From: Octopus sinensis | Lineage: Eukaryota | Length of the DNA stretch: 64,000 bases | NCBI RefSeq assembly: GCF_006345805.1 | Contig: NC_042997.1 | Span: forward strand, 119,412,001 to 119,476,000 | Reading direction: 5' to 3' | Part shown: positions 14,206-26,910 of the stretch, piece by piece | How positions within the stretch are numbered: the first letter of the stretch is position 1 | How the letters are laid out: the number at the start of each line of letters is the position of its first letter | Position numbers and translations under genes: made by a program | Notes under the pieces: model-generated | Seen by the model: only the letters and a program-made list of their open reading frames with translations | Database searches by the model: none | Told to the model about the DNA's origin: nothing

Positions 14206-15037
14206 AAATAGATACACGAGTAAACAAATAAAATGAAAATGTAAAACGAATTAATCGCAGCAACATGATCTTGCAGACGTGGAACAATACTTTTATAGAA
14301 ATGCTGAGATGCATCAATTGATGTTCTTGGTAGATTTGTGTCATTGGAATACTTTGCATAATTAATGCCTTATAATATTGGAAGGAGAGGGTCGTCTTGT
14401 CCAGTATTTTATTTTATAAACCTCGCTGTTGTAAAAGTCGAAGTGATCTCTTGGCAGAATTTGAGCTAAGAACATAAAGTCACTGAATAAATGCTGGATG
14501 ACACTGTTTCCCTTGTTTCTATGATTCTGTCAGTGTGCCACCTTATTACGAATAAGTAGCACGAGATGCCATATAACAGTCCCAGATCCATTAGCAACAA
14601 CAAGAAGGACAACGACATAACAGATTTCTAGTAGATGAAATGCGCCTTACCTGTTCGTTAGTCCTGGAAGAAATAAGAGTCAAATATTCCTCCGAGGAAA
14701 TGACATCAGCTTAAAAAAGTGAACGACATATATGATAATGTACATGGGTATACCCAGAAATTTATAAAATTAGATGATGATTACATCAAGTAGTAATGCA
14801 TTTAATCAATGTTTAATCATTGACGTTTGTTCTGATGCAAAATGATAACAAAATTAACGATGAAATTGAGTGGCTCTGTGGTAAGTAGCTTGCTTACTAA
14901 CCACATGGTTACGGGTTCAGTCCCACTGCGTGGCACCTGGAGCAAGTGTCTTCTACTATAGGCTCGCGCCGATCAAAGACTTGTGAGTGGATTTGGTAGA
15001 CGGAAACTGAAAGAAGTCCATCGTGTATATGTATATG

Positions 15038-15120
<83 letters not shown>

Positions 15121-15124
<4 letters not shown>

Positions 15125-15952
15125 TTTAACAATTAAGGATAACTTCTTAATAAGGAATCTTAACAAGAAATTATCAGGTAGTTAGCGTGAAAAACCCCAT
15201 AAAAGAAAAGAATTCGAAAATAATTTTTTTCTTTTGAACAAATTAATTATATCTATATTGTATAGAGGGCATTATTACACATAAATGCCTCACACTAAGA
15301 GGGACAAAGTCATTACTACCAAAATTACACTAATCATACCTAAATGCAGTTCTTCAAAGCAAGACATTTAAAAAATGAATTTAGTTCTGTATCACCGTGA
15401 TTTCACATTTAACTTACGTCTATCTTGAGACTACTACTTGTGTGAGGCATTTATGTGTAATAATGCCCTCTATACAATATAGATATAATTAATTTGTTCA
15501 AAAGAAAAAAATTATTTTCGAATTCTTTTCTTTTATGAGGTTTTTCACGCTAACTACCTGATAATTTCTTGTTAATATTCCTTATTAAGAAGTTATCCTT
15601 AATTGTTAAACTTATTCCGAAATACTTTTCTTATCCGACATGCAGTTCGAAAAAGCCCGCCATTTACCGGATATATGATTTATAAACATTCCATGTACTT
15701 GGCCGGAGTGAATAGATGTCTGTTCGTCTTCGCTAGGTAAGGTTGGTGGTTTATTTATGATGTGTTCAGAATCGGTTCTGCTGATGATCATAGACGTAAG
15801 TTAAATGTGAAGTCACGGTGATACAGAACTAAATTCATTTTTTAAATGTCTTGCTTTGAAGAACTGCATTTAGGTATGATTAGTGTATTTTGGTAGTAAT
15901 GACTTTGTCCCTCTTAGTGTGAGGCATTATGTGTAATAATGCCCTCTATACA

Positions 15953-15956
<4 letters not shown>
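15121..15956. mobile_element. Non-coding inverted/terminally redundant element (retrozyme- or PLE-pLTR-like), ~477-nt unit
   Basis: 15121-15295 is the near-perfect reverse complement of 15440-15614; 15255-15424 is the reverse complement of 15790-15956; 15440-15480 is repeated directly at 15917-15956; (TA)n on both flanks. Confidence 0.75.
15775..15829 (+). ncRNA. Candidate type I hammerhead ribozyme
   Basis: gttctg-CTGATGA-tcatagacgtaagttaaatgt-GAAG-tcacggtga-TA-cagaac. Stem I gttctg/cagaac; stem II cat/atg + gac-GTAA-gtt; palindromic stem III. The inverted copy at 15384-15423 reads GAAA at the core position. Confidence 0.65.
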
Positions 15957-16027
<71 letters not shown>

Positions 16028-16451
16028 ATGTGTGTATGTTTATGTGTCTGTGTTTGTCCCCCCAACATCGCTTGCCAACCGATGCTGGTGTGTTTACGTC
16101 CCCGTAACTTAGCGGTTCGGCAAAAGTGACTGATAGAATAAGTACTAGGCTTACAAAGATTAAGTCCTGGGGTCGATTTGCTTGAATAAAGGTGGTGCTC
16201 TAGCATGGCCGCAGTCAAATGATTGAAACACGTAAGCGAGTAAAAGAGAGCCGCCACAACTTCAACACAATATAAAAACAGTCCTTGACAACCTTGACTA
16301 TATGAAACGCAAAACAACACCATGGAGGAATAATAACCACTATAGGTGAACTACGAGAGGTGGACCGCGATATGGCGACGGATTACTGTATTTAATTTTG
16401 AGATTACATGCCACAACAGGTTTTTTTTTATTAAGATTAAATTTATAGCTA

Positions 16452-16925
16452 CTGGCATGGTGGTTTTTTCGAAGTTTGCTTCCTAACCTTATGGGTCCGG
16501 ACTCAGTTCCACAGCGTGTCAACTTGGGCAAATGTCTCCTATTATAGCGTTGGGCCGATCGGAGCCTTTTGAGTGGACTAGGTAAGCGGAAATTGAAAGA
16601 AGTCCATCGTATACGAACACACACTCATATATATGTGTGCACGTATGTGTTTGTATACGTCTTCATGTGTGTATGTGCATATGTGCGTGCATTAGCGTAT
16701 GCGTACGCACCTGCTTTATTTTTGTGTTTGTCCATTATCACCTCTTGACAATTAGTGTTGGCGCGTTTACCTAACATAGCGGTTCGGCAAAAGAGCTCGA
16801 TAGAATAAGTAACAACCATGCTTTAAAACTAAGTTCTGGGGTCCATTCATTTGATTAAAATTCTCCAAGTCGGTATCCCAGCATGGCTGCAGACTAATGG
16901 CTGAAGAAATCAAAGGATAAAAGAT
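16452..16925 (+). mobile_element. SINE family A (diverged)
   Basis: Head ...gggccgatcggagccttttgagtggactaggtaagcggaaattgaaagaag, tail cccagcatggctgcagactaatggctgaag..aaaaga. Confidence 0.8.
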
Positions 16926-17633
16926 ATATGGGTCACGTGAGGTAATAACAAATTATTTAAGTGTTTCAGTTAAATATATTTGTCAGATTCTTGATGATCG
17001 GATACGTTGCCATTACTTGATTTAAAACAAGGTAGTTTGGCGGTGAATGCTTTAATAAATTATAAAAATATATAAATATTACTATTACTTGTAACCCTTA
17101 CTAACTCTCCTAGTATGATATAACTCACTTCTGTGAGATATACAATTTTAAAATAAATTTACTTAGGTAATATATTATATTTTCTTAAGTGAAGTTTAGT
17201 ATATAAATGAAATGTTTGACAAAAGATATTAAACTTCGGAAAATGTCATTTTCCCAATACATGTGAGAAAAATAGTGAATTATAATCATCGTATAAAAAA
17301 TTTTTAGGCTGAGGGAAAGAATAAGGGTGTAAGGAAGGGGCAGAGAAAGAAAGAGGAGAAAGAGGAAATAAACAATGCATGAGTGTAAATAGAAAAAAAT
17401 TCAGACATTTCTAAAGGAAGGATGATTGTTGTCAGAATATTATCAATTTTATACATCGTCTATTATGACTATTGAAGCATATATTTGAAATATATATTGA
17501 CAGGTAAATACGCGCTGTGTAGAGAAAACAGTACCTCAGTTGCTGTCAATAGAGTTAATACTTATTTGGCTCTCTCTGTTGCTCTTTCTGTGCGTGTGTA
17601 TATATATAAATACATACACTCACACACATATGT

Positions 17634-17667
<34 letters not shown>

Positions 17668-18299
17668 TCCTATATGTATGTGCGTTTGTGTGTGTGTGTG
17701 TGTATAAACAAACTGTTTTTTATTCAGTAAATTCCTTGCATTATTATAAATCTTTTTCAGTTGATTTCCGATATTATGTTGCTTCAGTTGTTTTATGCAC
17801 AATGATATTTTAGCACAAAATCGAGATCCAATACAATCTGAGCTATTATTATTATTTCATCGCCGATGTATAGTTTATAAAATCTTAGTAATGGTTTTGT
17901 GATTTTCTTTATGTGTAAAAGGTTATAATCAATCAATCACTCAATCAGAATGTCAGTTGCCTTCATATGTGACATTTATCTGACAACAAACATTAAATGC
18001 TAACGTGGATTCGAAGCTGTCTTTTTTTTTAATCTTATTATTTACAGGGAAAACTGAACTGTCTAGCATTAAGAAAACAAGAATCATAAACCAGAAAGAT
18101 TACAGCTATATGAATAATGGTTACGGTGTCCAAGAAAATAAACTTATCTTCTCGAAAACAAAGAAAGTTACATTCATTTTAAATATCGTAGTATTAGTAA
18201 AGCTTTACAGTAAGCTCAGGAAGGTATCAATTCCTGTTTAAGACTATAAACAAAAGGTAGAGAAATTTTCATGATCTTCAAGAATTTCTGTATAATTAC

Positions 18300-18605
18300 G
18301 AATTTCGTTTTGGCATCGTGTGGTTGCATGGTGTCTTGGCTCACTAGGGCCGGTTTCACGGTTTCCTTGGCGTATAGGTTCCCCACCTGGACGGGACGCC
18401 GGTCCGTCGCAGGTGATCTGCAAGAGGCAGAAGGAAAGAGTGAGAGAAAGTTGTGGCGAAAGAGTCAGCAGAAGTTCGCCATTACCTTCTGCTGGAGCCG
18501 CGTAGAGCTTAGGTGTTTCGCTCATAAACACACACATCGTCTAGTCTGAGATTCGAACCCACGATCCCTCGACCGCTGCTCTAACCACCAGGCCATGTGT
18601 CTCCA
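18300..18605 (-). mobile_element. tRNA-derived SINE, distinct family
   Basis: Minus strand has A-box-like tggcctggtggttagagc, B-box-like gggttcgaatc, and a central cctgcgacggaccggcgtcccgtccagg block typical of conserved SINE core domains. Confidence 0.7.
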
Positions 18606-19994
18606 CTGGCACAAAATTAAATGGAAGGTACTTGAGCAAGCAGGGGCTTTCATAAAATGGAGAAAACTACGTAAGCTTTGTTTGACTGAGTGGGCAAGAA
18701 TCCGCAAAACACGGTCGACCCGAGGACCTTTAAGATCCCCAGCAGTCAAAACCTGACCCTAAAGCCACATTAAATGTTCATATAGCGCTAGGAGAGTTGA
18801 CAGAGAGACAAAATAAACTAGCAAAAAGAAATTACTGGAGAATTCCAGATCCTGGATTTCTGGCTTAGTATAAGAGATGCTCTGCCTTCCTCAGTGGAAT
18901 ATACTAGATAGTACATAAATACAGATATATATATATACACAATAAAGAGTAGAGCCTTCTATTTGTTAAAAAGTGATAGGCATTTTTAATGAAATCCATA
19001 TACCGTATCAAGATATTAAATTTATTTCACTAAGAGAATAAGGTCAACGGGATGGATTAGCAATTCCATATGAGGCAAGTGAGGTTTAAATAAAAACATA
19101 TAGTTTGAAGAAGACAACGATAAGGTGAGATGAAATGGCATATTCTTCATATCCTGATATAAAGACCTGCATCAAAAATGCCTTGAACCTACCCTGGGCG
19201 TACATACAAAGGAAATCAAAATTCACTCATAACTAGGCGTGCGGTATATCCTTCGTTTTTTTTGTTTTTAAGTAACAAGAACAGTGCGGCAAAATACAAT
19301 GCCGACCGGAGAGAAACCAAACCGTATACACGATTCGTGGATGTAATATTGAAATGCTCATGCATAAACTATTTAGATTCCTTTTGACACACGGAGGACA
19401 GGCAATACAACTCTCCCAGCTTAATTTGGAAACATGGATGTGATTATCAACTACAAGGCCAACTGGAAGATTCCTTCTAAGACCAAGATTATATTAATGT
19501 ATGCGAAAAATATTCCGTATATTCACTTCTGAAAAGCCTGCAAAACTCTGGGATGTGATCAAATTCTCACTTTACGAAATGCATTTTTGATTGAATTAAA
19601 AATAAACCACCGGACAGGCCATAACTCATTACTTTGCGATTCTATCCAGCTCCAAACGTGGAAAATATTCCCCAGAGCCAGCGTATTTCCATTGATCTCT
19701 CCTAATTGGTTATAAACTAGCTGGATTTGCAAGCGCCTAAATACTGATAAACGACCTAATTTCAACTTCTATCATCTCAATAACCTTCCAAATATTTGCA
19801 TTTCTCTTGTGTTTTTCGTGTTAGATAAAATAACTTTTACATCTTATAAGAGTTTGGCTCTATTTGCTGTTTAGTGAATTTTCCCCCCTGTGATTGCTCT
19901 CCCTTTTAGCCACACTATACATTCTCATTTCAACATAGCTTACCTCATCTCCAATTGCTACGCATTAACAGCTAGAAAAACACCGGATAAGTCA

Positions 19995-20600
19995 ATTTCA
20001 CGTTGTCGGTGGTGTAATCTTTGATTTTGTTTTCATAGTGTTCGTCGTTATTTAAGATGGATGCTACTAGATTTTTGTCGTATAATTCATCGATTACTAG
20101 CACCACACTCCCTCGATCCGTTCCTCGATTGCTATTTCTTCATTGTTTTGTAGATGATTTAGTTCTTTCCATTGAGTGGTGCTGAAATTTGAAATGATTT
20201 TTTTGATTTTACAAGGTATATTAAGGAACGTTTTAAATGTGGTTGCAGAATTCGTCGCGATTTTTATTTCTTACAGTGTGGGGGACGTGTTCACTTCTGT
20301 TTTTGACTAGTGAATCATTATAATTGGCCAGTGCTCCTGTAAGCCTTAATTCCCTGCAGAATTCTCAAACACTGACCTTGACTTCATTTTGATTAGTTCT
20401 GCCTGGTGCTGGGGTGAATTGTAGCTCTTTTGATAGGACATCGACCTTCGTGGTTGATAAGTATTCATATGACAATTTTGTTACATTCGGTGTCTCCTGT
20501 GTATCAAGTTCCAACATGTTTCCTGGTTTCTCTTGTCTGGGTCTAAAAGATGTTGGTTGCGGTTGTGTTAGCATGAACTGTCCGTGTAAATGTAAGGGTT
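19995..20600 (-). mobile_element. Degraded Neptune-like PLE fragment (pre-RT region), diverged from the 47-55 kb family
   Basis: Minus translation LSKELQFTPAP..EFCRELRL..NDSLVKNRS..RNKNRDEFCNHI..TQWKELNHLQNNEEIAIEE, colinear with LSKGLKFTPTP..ESLARNKS..RNKILDEFCEHI..QLKNERSITIKEADKG at 52.9-53.3 kb. Confidence 0.75.
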
Positions 20601-20780
20601 TGGGTTGGGTGAATGATGATGTTCTTGTCTTGGATTGTTTTGTATGTACGAGTGTCTGAGGAGTCTTTGGGTAGTACTGTATGTGTTGCCTGGTGTTTTC
20701 GTCATTCCTGCAATAGGTTAAAGCTCCGGAGTGCGTTGTAAATTTACCGCAAGTTTCTGGTTTGTGCGGTGCTTCTATTC

Positions 20781-20935
20781 CTGCATGGTATAGACATGGA
20801 AGTCCTCAAAAAACGTCTAGACAGCTATTTATCTGCAACTCTGGATGAACCCACATCGCGGTAGGAGGTACAAAGAATAGCGGCAAGGTCCAGTACTGGG
20901 AAAATGCCCGGACGCAGTAAATACGGTGCACCAGA
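20781..20935 (+). mobile_element. Oppositely oriented 3' end of the same CR1/L2-group LINE family
   Basis: + strand LHGIDMEVLKKRLDSYLSATLDEPTSR and 3' UTR ggacgcagtaaa..tgcaccag, matching 42451-42620. Confidence 0.75.
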
Positions 20936-21765
20936 CGTTTTTTGATGTCTTCCATGTCTACACTATGCAGATCCCTAATGTGTTCTGTGGTAGGGCATTA
21001 AAAGAACGTGGTTCCTTGAATCCCAAGCTATTAAGATATTGGGTTCCTGTCATCGATGGAGAAGATGCGACCTTTGGTACTGTGCAGTGCCGTCCAATTC
21101 GGCGAATTTTGTAGGTTTCAACTCTGAAATTTGGAGTCAGATCCACCGTTATTTTCCACATGTATAGCACTGTATGTATCTCACGTTTCCTCTCCAGGAA
21201 GTAGAGTCCCACGTCCCTCAATCTCTCCCAATAGGTTATGTGTCTTACTGAGTCTATCTTCTTTGTGAATTGGCGTTGGATCGATTCTAATTCCGCAATG
21301 AGTTTTATACTCTGTGGGGACCACAGTTGGGAGCAGTGGTCCAGACGACTGGGGACAAAGGTTCTCCAAAGCAGAAGCATTGTGTCTCTGTTCGTGATCC
21401 TGAAGGATCTAAGGAGCTAAACTGCCACCAGCCTGCATAGTGTTGCCAACTAAGCAGTGTGCACATAGAAAGTTCCGCCGGTGCCCATGTGGATTCCCAT
21501 GTCCCGCACCGACTCTAATTCTGGGACTACATTGCCTGCTGGTCCCTTGTACTTCAACTGTAGTTTGTTTGTGGGCTGATAGCGGAATGCTTGAAATTTT
21601 GCGCCATTAAACTGCATATTATTCTCATCAGCCCATTTATATATTGCGTTCAGGTCATTCTGCAGGCTTAACATATCAGTAGGATCCTTGAGTGCCTGCC
21701 ATACCTTTGTATCATCAGCGTAGCTGGTAAGTCAGTCTGACTCTATGGCTGAGGGCATGTCCAAT
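20931..21765 (-). mobile_element. CR1/L2-group LINE, RT C-terminal part
   Basis: SYADDTKVWQ..LQNDLNAIYKWADENNMQFNGAKF; FVPSRLDHCSQLWSP..LESIQRQFTKKI..YWERLRDVGLYFLERKRE..SLGFKEPRSFNALP. Confidence 0.9.
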
Positions 21766-21875
21766 ATATACATATATATATATATTTGTTTGTTTGTGTG
21801 TTGCTTTAATTTCCATGTTTGCGTTAGCCAGAAAAACACATGCTCAAACTTAAACGCACAAGCACATTTATACAT

Positions 21876-21918
<43 letters not shown>

Positions 21919-22693
21919 ACACACACACACATATTATTAATGGCTCAGAATATTTCCTACGGTTTTAGAACTTTTTTAGCAAAGTTTCTGAAATTATTTC
22001 ATATTTATTGCTCAACGTCTTTATTGTTTCTTTATAAATTCTGTTGAAAGCAGTTTCTGAATAGCTTGCCTATTTATTTATGTATTTACTTATTATCCAA
22101 AGAATATTTCAGTACTTCAAAAAAATATTATTACTGCAGAAAATAAAGACCCACCATTTAATACCCCTCAAGTCTGTTGTTGTCTTTGCTATAGATGTTA
22201 TTCTTAATTTTTTAAAAATATATTTAAAGTGTTATAAGAAACTTTCCTTCCTACATACCTAAATATTTCATTAATTTTCTCATTCATATTATTTCCGGTA
22301 AGCAGTCTCCACTTTATGCGTTCATCCGTATTAGTATTTATAACAGATGTACTTTCTATATATATTTGTAAAACTAGTGGCCACGCTTTTGTCGACGTTT
22401 CGGGTTAAATTTGGTGTCTTGGTTATGCGTACAAATACAATTGTTTTGATTTCATTTCTCTATAAGCTACACAACAATACTCTGAAAAGTAGCAGAGGCA
22501 TGTGAGCATTAGAGAGCCGTGGATACACATGTTCATATACATGCATATACATACATACACACATACATACATACAAACATATACATACACACAAACCCAC
22601 ACGCGCACACGCACATAGGCATATATATATAACGTGCGTAGTGTTTTAAATTATTATATTATATTTATCATTCATTTTATACTTTTTGGATAG

Positions 22694-22748
<55 letters not shown>

Positions 22749-23620
22749 ATTTATGTATTGGTTTATGTATATCACTGTTTGAGTTGCATAATAGTTGTTT
22801 TATCTCTAATTCATATTTTATATATATATAGGCACGTATACATTTGTATATGTGAATACACATAAATATGCATACATACATATGTATGTGTATATGCGTG
22901 GATATGGATATACATATATTCTCGACAATATATACTTAAAAATGCATGCAGAATCTAAGAGGAAATTTACGAATCGTAAAAGGTAAAAAAAATACAAGCA
23001 GTCATATAAATGCAAATTAAATGCTTGCGTCAGCTGCAATTACTCTGCATTACAGCGATTTCTTATATGCATTTTCAGTAATTACAGAATTTTGTCAAAT
23101 CATCATGTATTTATTCTCCGCAAATATATATTTTATTGAAAACTCTTTGCATTCAGGTGAATTCAAGCTCGTTTAAACGCCTCAATACCTAACATAAAGT
23201 TCGCCATTAGCTTTTGCAAAACACAATCAGTATAAAATAATTACTGTTGCTATAAAGAGAGTGTTTAGCTGTGGTTTGAAATGCCATACAAAAAACATTT
23301 CCGATTATATTTTTGACAACTTTATATGCTTTGAGATATTTTACTTTTATCAGACGAACAAATGTTATATGTTATGGAAAAGTAATTTTCGGAGAAATAT
23401 AATGTGAAAACCACAGTATATTTGTTTACAAAATAAACACCATAAAAAATTCGATTGATTCATGCTTTTAAAAGCGCTAACACAAGATCTTAAAGAAAGC
23501 ACAGTAGACGTTAATTCGTGATTACATACATGCATGTATATGTGCTTGTGTGTGCGTGTGTCTGTGTATATATGTATGTATGCATGCATATATGCATATA
23601 CATATATATATATATATATA

Positions 23621-23686
<66 letters not shown>

Positions 23687-23687
23687 G

Positions 23688-23735
<48 letters not shown>

Positions 23736-23825
23736 ATATATAGATATATATATATATATATATTTACATTTATATATACATATGTATATATGTGTGTATG
23801 TTCAGATATAATATATATATATATA

Positions 23826-24113
23826 TGTTGCGATAAGAATCACGACGCTCCCTTGCGAGAAATAGACTGGGCCGAGTGATTATAAGTAGTAGCTGTCGGA
23901 GTGAAGTTTATGTGTTAGTTTGAGTCGCCTTCGCAGTGAGGTACGAATGTGTCGGTTGGTTAGTTCGCTTGGAATATTGATTGTTAGTTTGTTAAGAGAT
24001 TGTTAGATCGTTATGTTATTATTACAGCTGCATCGTATTCTTCTTTACTTTCACTACACTGGTACAGTGTATCTAAATCATCCATCACAATATCTAAATC
24101 ATCCGGCGCAATA
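23826..24113 (+). repeat. 5' LTR, followed by PBS-like tggcggtaccacga (24117-24130)
   Basis: Begins TGTT; shares cacgacg..ccttgcgagaaatagactgg..gtcggagtgaagttt..ggttagttcg.ttggaatattg..actggtacagtgtatctaaa with 26911-27176. Confidence 0.85.
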
Positions 24114-26910
24114 TCCTGGCGGTACCACGACTTTAGATACGGAGGATACAACATCTGTCGACGCGGGTGCAACTTATTAAATTATGGAAGACCTATAAGC
24201 AGTTGCAAAAGCAACAACAATGATATAGTCGCAGAAAGCTACAACAGGGGTTGCAGAACCAACTAGGACAGCAAGAACAGCAATTATTGGAGCTATACGG
24301 AAAGAATTCCGAAAATGCGGTAACTTCGTTTCCGCCAGACAGCGTATCGGACTCAATAATAAAATTCAGTTATAACCCAGAGGGTATAACTTTTGCAGCG
24401 TACAACAGAAGGTACTTGTAGATGTTTAAGGAATATAGTTAAATATAGTCGGACCAAGAAAAATCAAGGTTATTTTTAAGTAAATTAGCTCCGTCTGAGC
24501 AAGAACAATATTGTAATTTCATATTTCCCAAAAGGTTTAGTGAAATTTGTTTTTAGGAAACAATCGAATCACTGTCGAAATTGTTCGGGGATAAAACTTC
24601 TCTATTTTACACTTGAGTGGAGTGTTGGAATTAAAAAAAAAAAATAGAGGATGATAACTTTATTATGTATGCAGGAATAGTCAAATGTATGTGCGAAAAT
24701 TTAAACTTAATGAACTTACTCTTGAGATGTTTAAGTGCCTTATTTTTGTACAAGGCCTTACAGTGAATGAAGATACAGAAATACGGACAAGAATTCTGTC
24801 AAATCTTGAACAAGTGCATCAAGACTTAACCCTCCAGACTGTTGCAGAAGACTGACAAAGGATGCTGAAGCCGAACCATGATCTAAGAAAAACCCAAGAA
24901 AAGGATTTCGCAAAAAAATACAGATATGTCGATCGAGAAAGTATAACTAAAGAAGATTACTAGTTCCTAGTCCATGTTAGAGATGTGGAGGCCTACATTT
25001 CAGAAAAAAGAAATTGTCCTTTTAAAAACCAAACATTAAAGAGTTGTCAAAACTTTGGACGCAAGAGTTCACAGTGCAGAGCATGTGTAAGAAAGTTAAA
25101 TGTAAATAATTCTAGAGTACTCTTCCATTTTTATATCACGCGCTGTCATTGGCAGTTTGCGAATAACATTACACATACTGCTTTTGATTAATTTTATCTT
25201 CATTTCAGTTGCTGAGTTCTTTTCACTGGTGGGGCCACCATTTAATGTTTTACGGTACTGGCTTATTGGGAAATCCCAGAAATCCCAAATAATGAAATTT
25301 GTACACGTGAAAGTAAAAGGAGTAAATATTGAATTACAGCTGCATACTGGTAGGGATATTTCAATCATTAACACCGACACGTGGAAGAAAAGAGGGAAAC
25401 CTGTATTAAGAAAATAGCGAAAACTGCATGTGGCGTGAAGCACGACACACTACACTTTGTAGGCGAACTGCGAAATGCTGTCACGTTTCAAGGAAAAAGT
25501 TGCAACGCGAAAGTTTTCGTCGTAAAGAATGCAACCAATCAGTTTGGTACTAACTGGTAGCAGTTATTAGATTTATGGCCCCACCAGTGAAAAGAATTCA
25601 GCAGCTGAACTGAAGAGAAAATTAATCAAAAACGGTATGTGTAATGTTATTCACAAACTGCCAATGACAACGCATGATATAAAAATGGAATCCGCTGAGA
25701 ATAATTACATTATAATGTTGAAATGTTGAAAAATAAGCAAAATATAAATAGGAATTCGACTAATTTTTCCCTATGCGACGATATTTCTATGTACGTGCAA
25801 AGAATGGTTGTACCAACGGCACCACAGAAACGACTATTGTAGGAATACCACAGCGAACAGCCGGAAATGTCGAGAATGAAAGTCTTAATGATTAGCTATT
25901 TATACTAGCCAACAATGAACCGGGTCATTGAAAGTTGTGTAAAATCATGTAGAGTTTGTGCGCCATTTGGCAATAACAATCGCCGCATGAGACGGATAAT
26001 CCGTGGTCCAGGGTAGGTATTGACTATGCTGGACCGGACATCGGCGCAAAATATCTGATCGTTGTTGATAGCGGTAAAAAGTGGTCAGATGTATGCAGGT
26101 GCCATAAACTAAACACGAAAACAACAATATTATTCATGTATGAATTAGTCTCCCTATACACTGTTCTAGATACGTTGATATCACATAATAGAACACAATT
26201 TATGTGAATTCAAACATCTTTGAAAAATACATGCCATAAAGTATATTTCCACACCGGCCTACCAATCGAGACCAAACGGGCAGGCAGAAAAATTCGTTGA
26301 TACTTTCAAGCGGGCGTTACAAAAAGCGGCGAATGATGTAGGTAATGACCAAGCGTTGAAATAGTGAGTAAAGCCCAATCCGAATATCAGTTCGGTGAAG
26401 TCTCCGGCAGAGTTAATGTTAGTGCGAAAACTAAAATCGATCTTCGATAAACTATTGCCAAGAAGAGTCATATTTAAAAGAAATACAGGAAATGCAACAA
26501 ATGATTTCGAAGTAGTTCATTCTAAAATTTACAAAAATGGTAAAAAGTCTAAGAGGATGGTTTTGTGACTCGGAGATTAAGAAACATGATTTATGGGATT
26601 AAAGGACAACATTGGGAACAAAAGGGACACCTAAACCAATTAAAGACAAAAGGTACTGAAAAACGAAAGGAAATACTAATGGAAGTTTGCTATGAAATGT
26701 TTGAGGTGACAGCACCGAAAGAGATTCATCCTCGGAGAAGGATCACTATAAAAAAGAAACATTATGTACGTTCAGAAATAATAGTAAAGCGAAAAAGGTA
26801 TTAATTTTCTACAAAAAAAAAAAAGAAAATAGAGAAAGGGGTAGGGGTGCTGGAAAGATAAAAAATGAAACTCACTTTTTACGGAAGAAGTGAAATCTCA
26901 AAAGGGTTGA

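Larger units (their letters stand above)
14868..16250 (+). mobile_element. SINE family A split by an insertion in its internal (TA)n
   Basis: Head at 14868-~15030, (TA)n, foreign 15121-15956 insert, (TA)n, then the 3' half (gtgtctgtgtttgtccccc...gcatggccgcagtcaaatgattgaaac) at ~16022-16250. Confidence 0.85.

Noticed and set aside
14640-14820. Fragment with a minus-strand acag|gtaagg donor, possibly a PLE-associated repeat
   Set aside because: Single copy in the window with no diagnostic motif; the family resemblance is from memory only.
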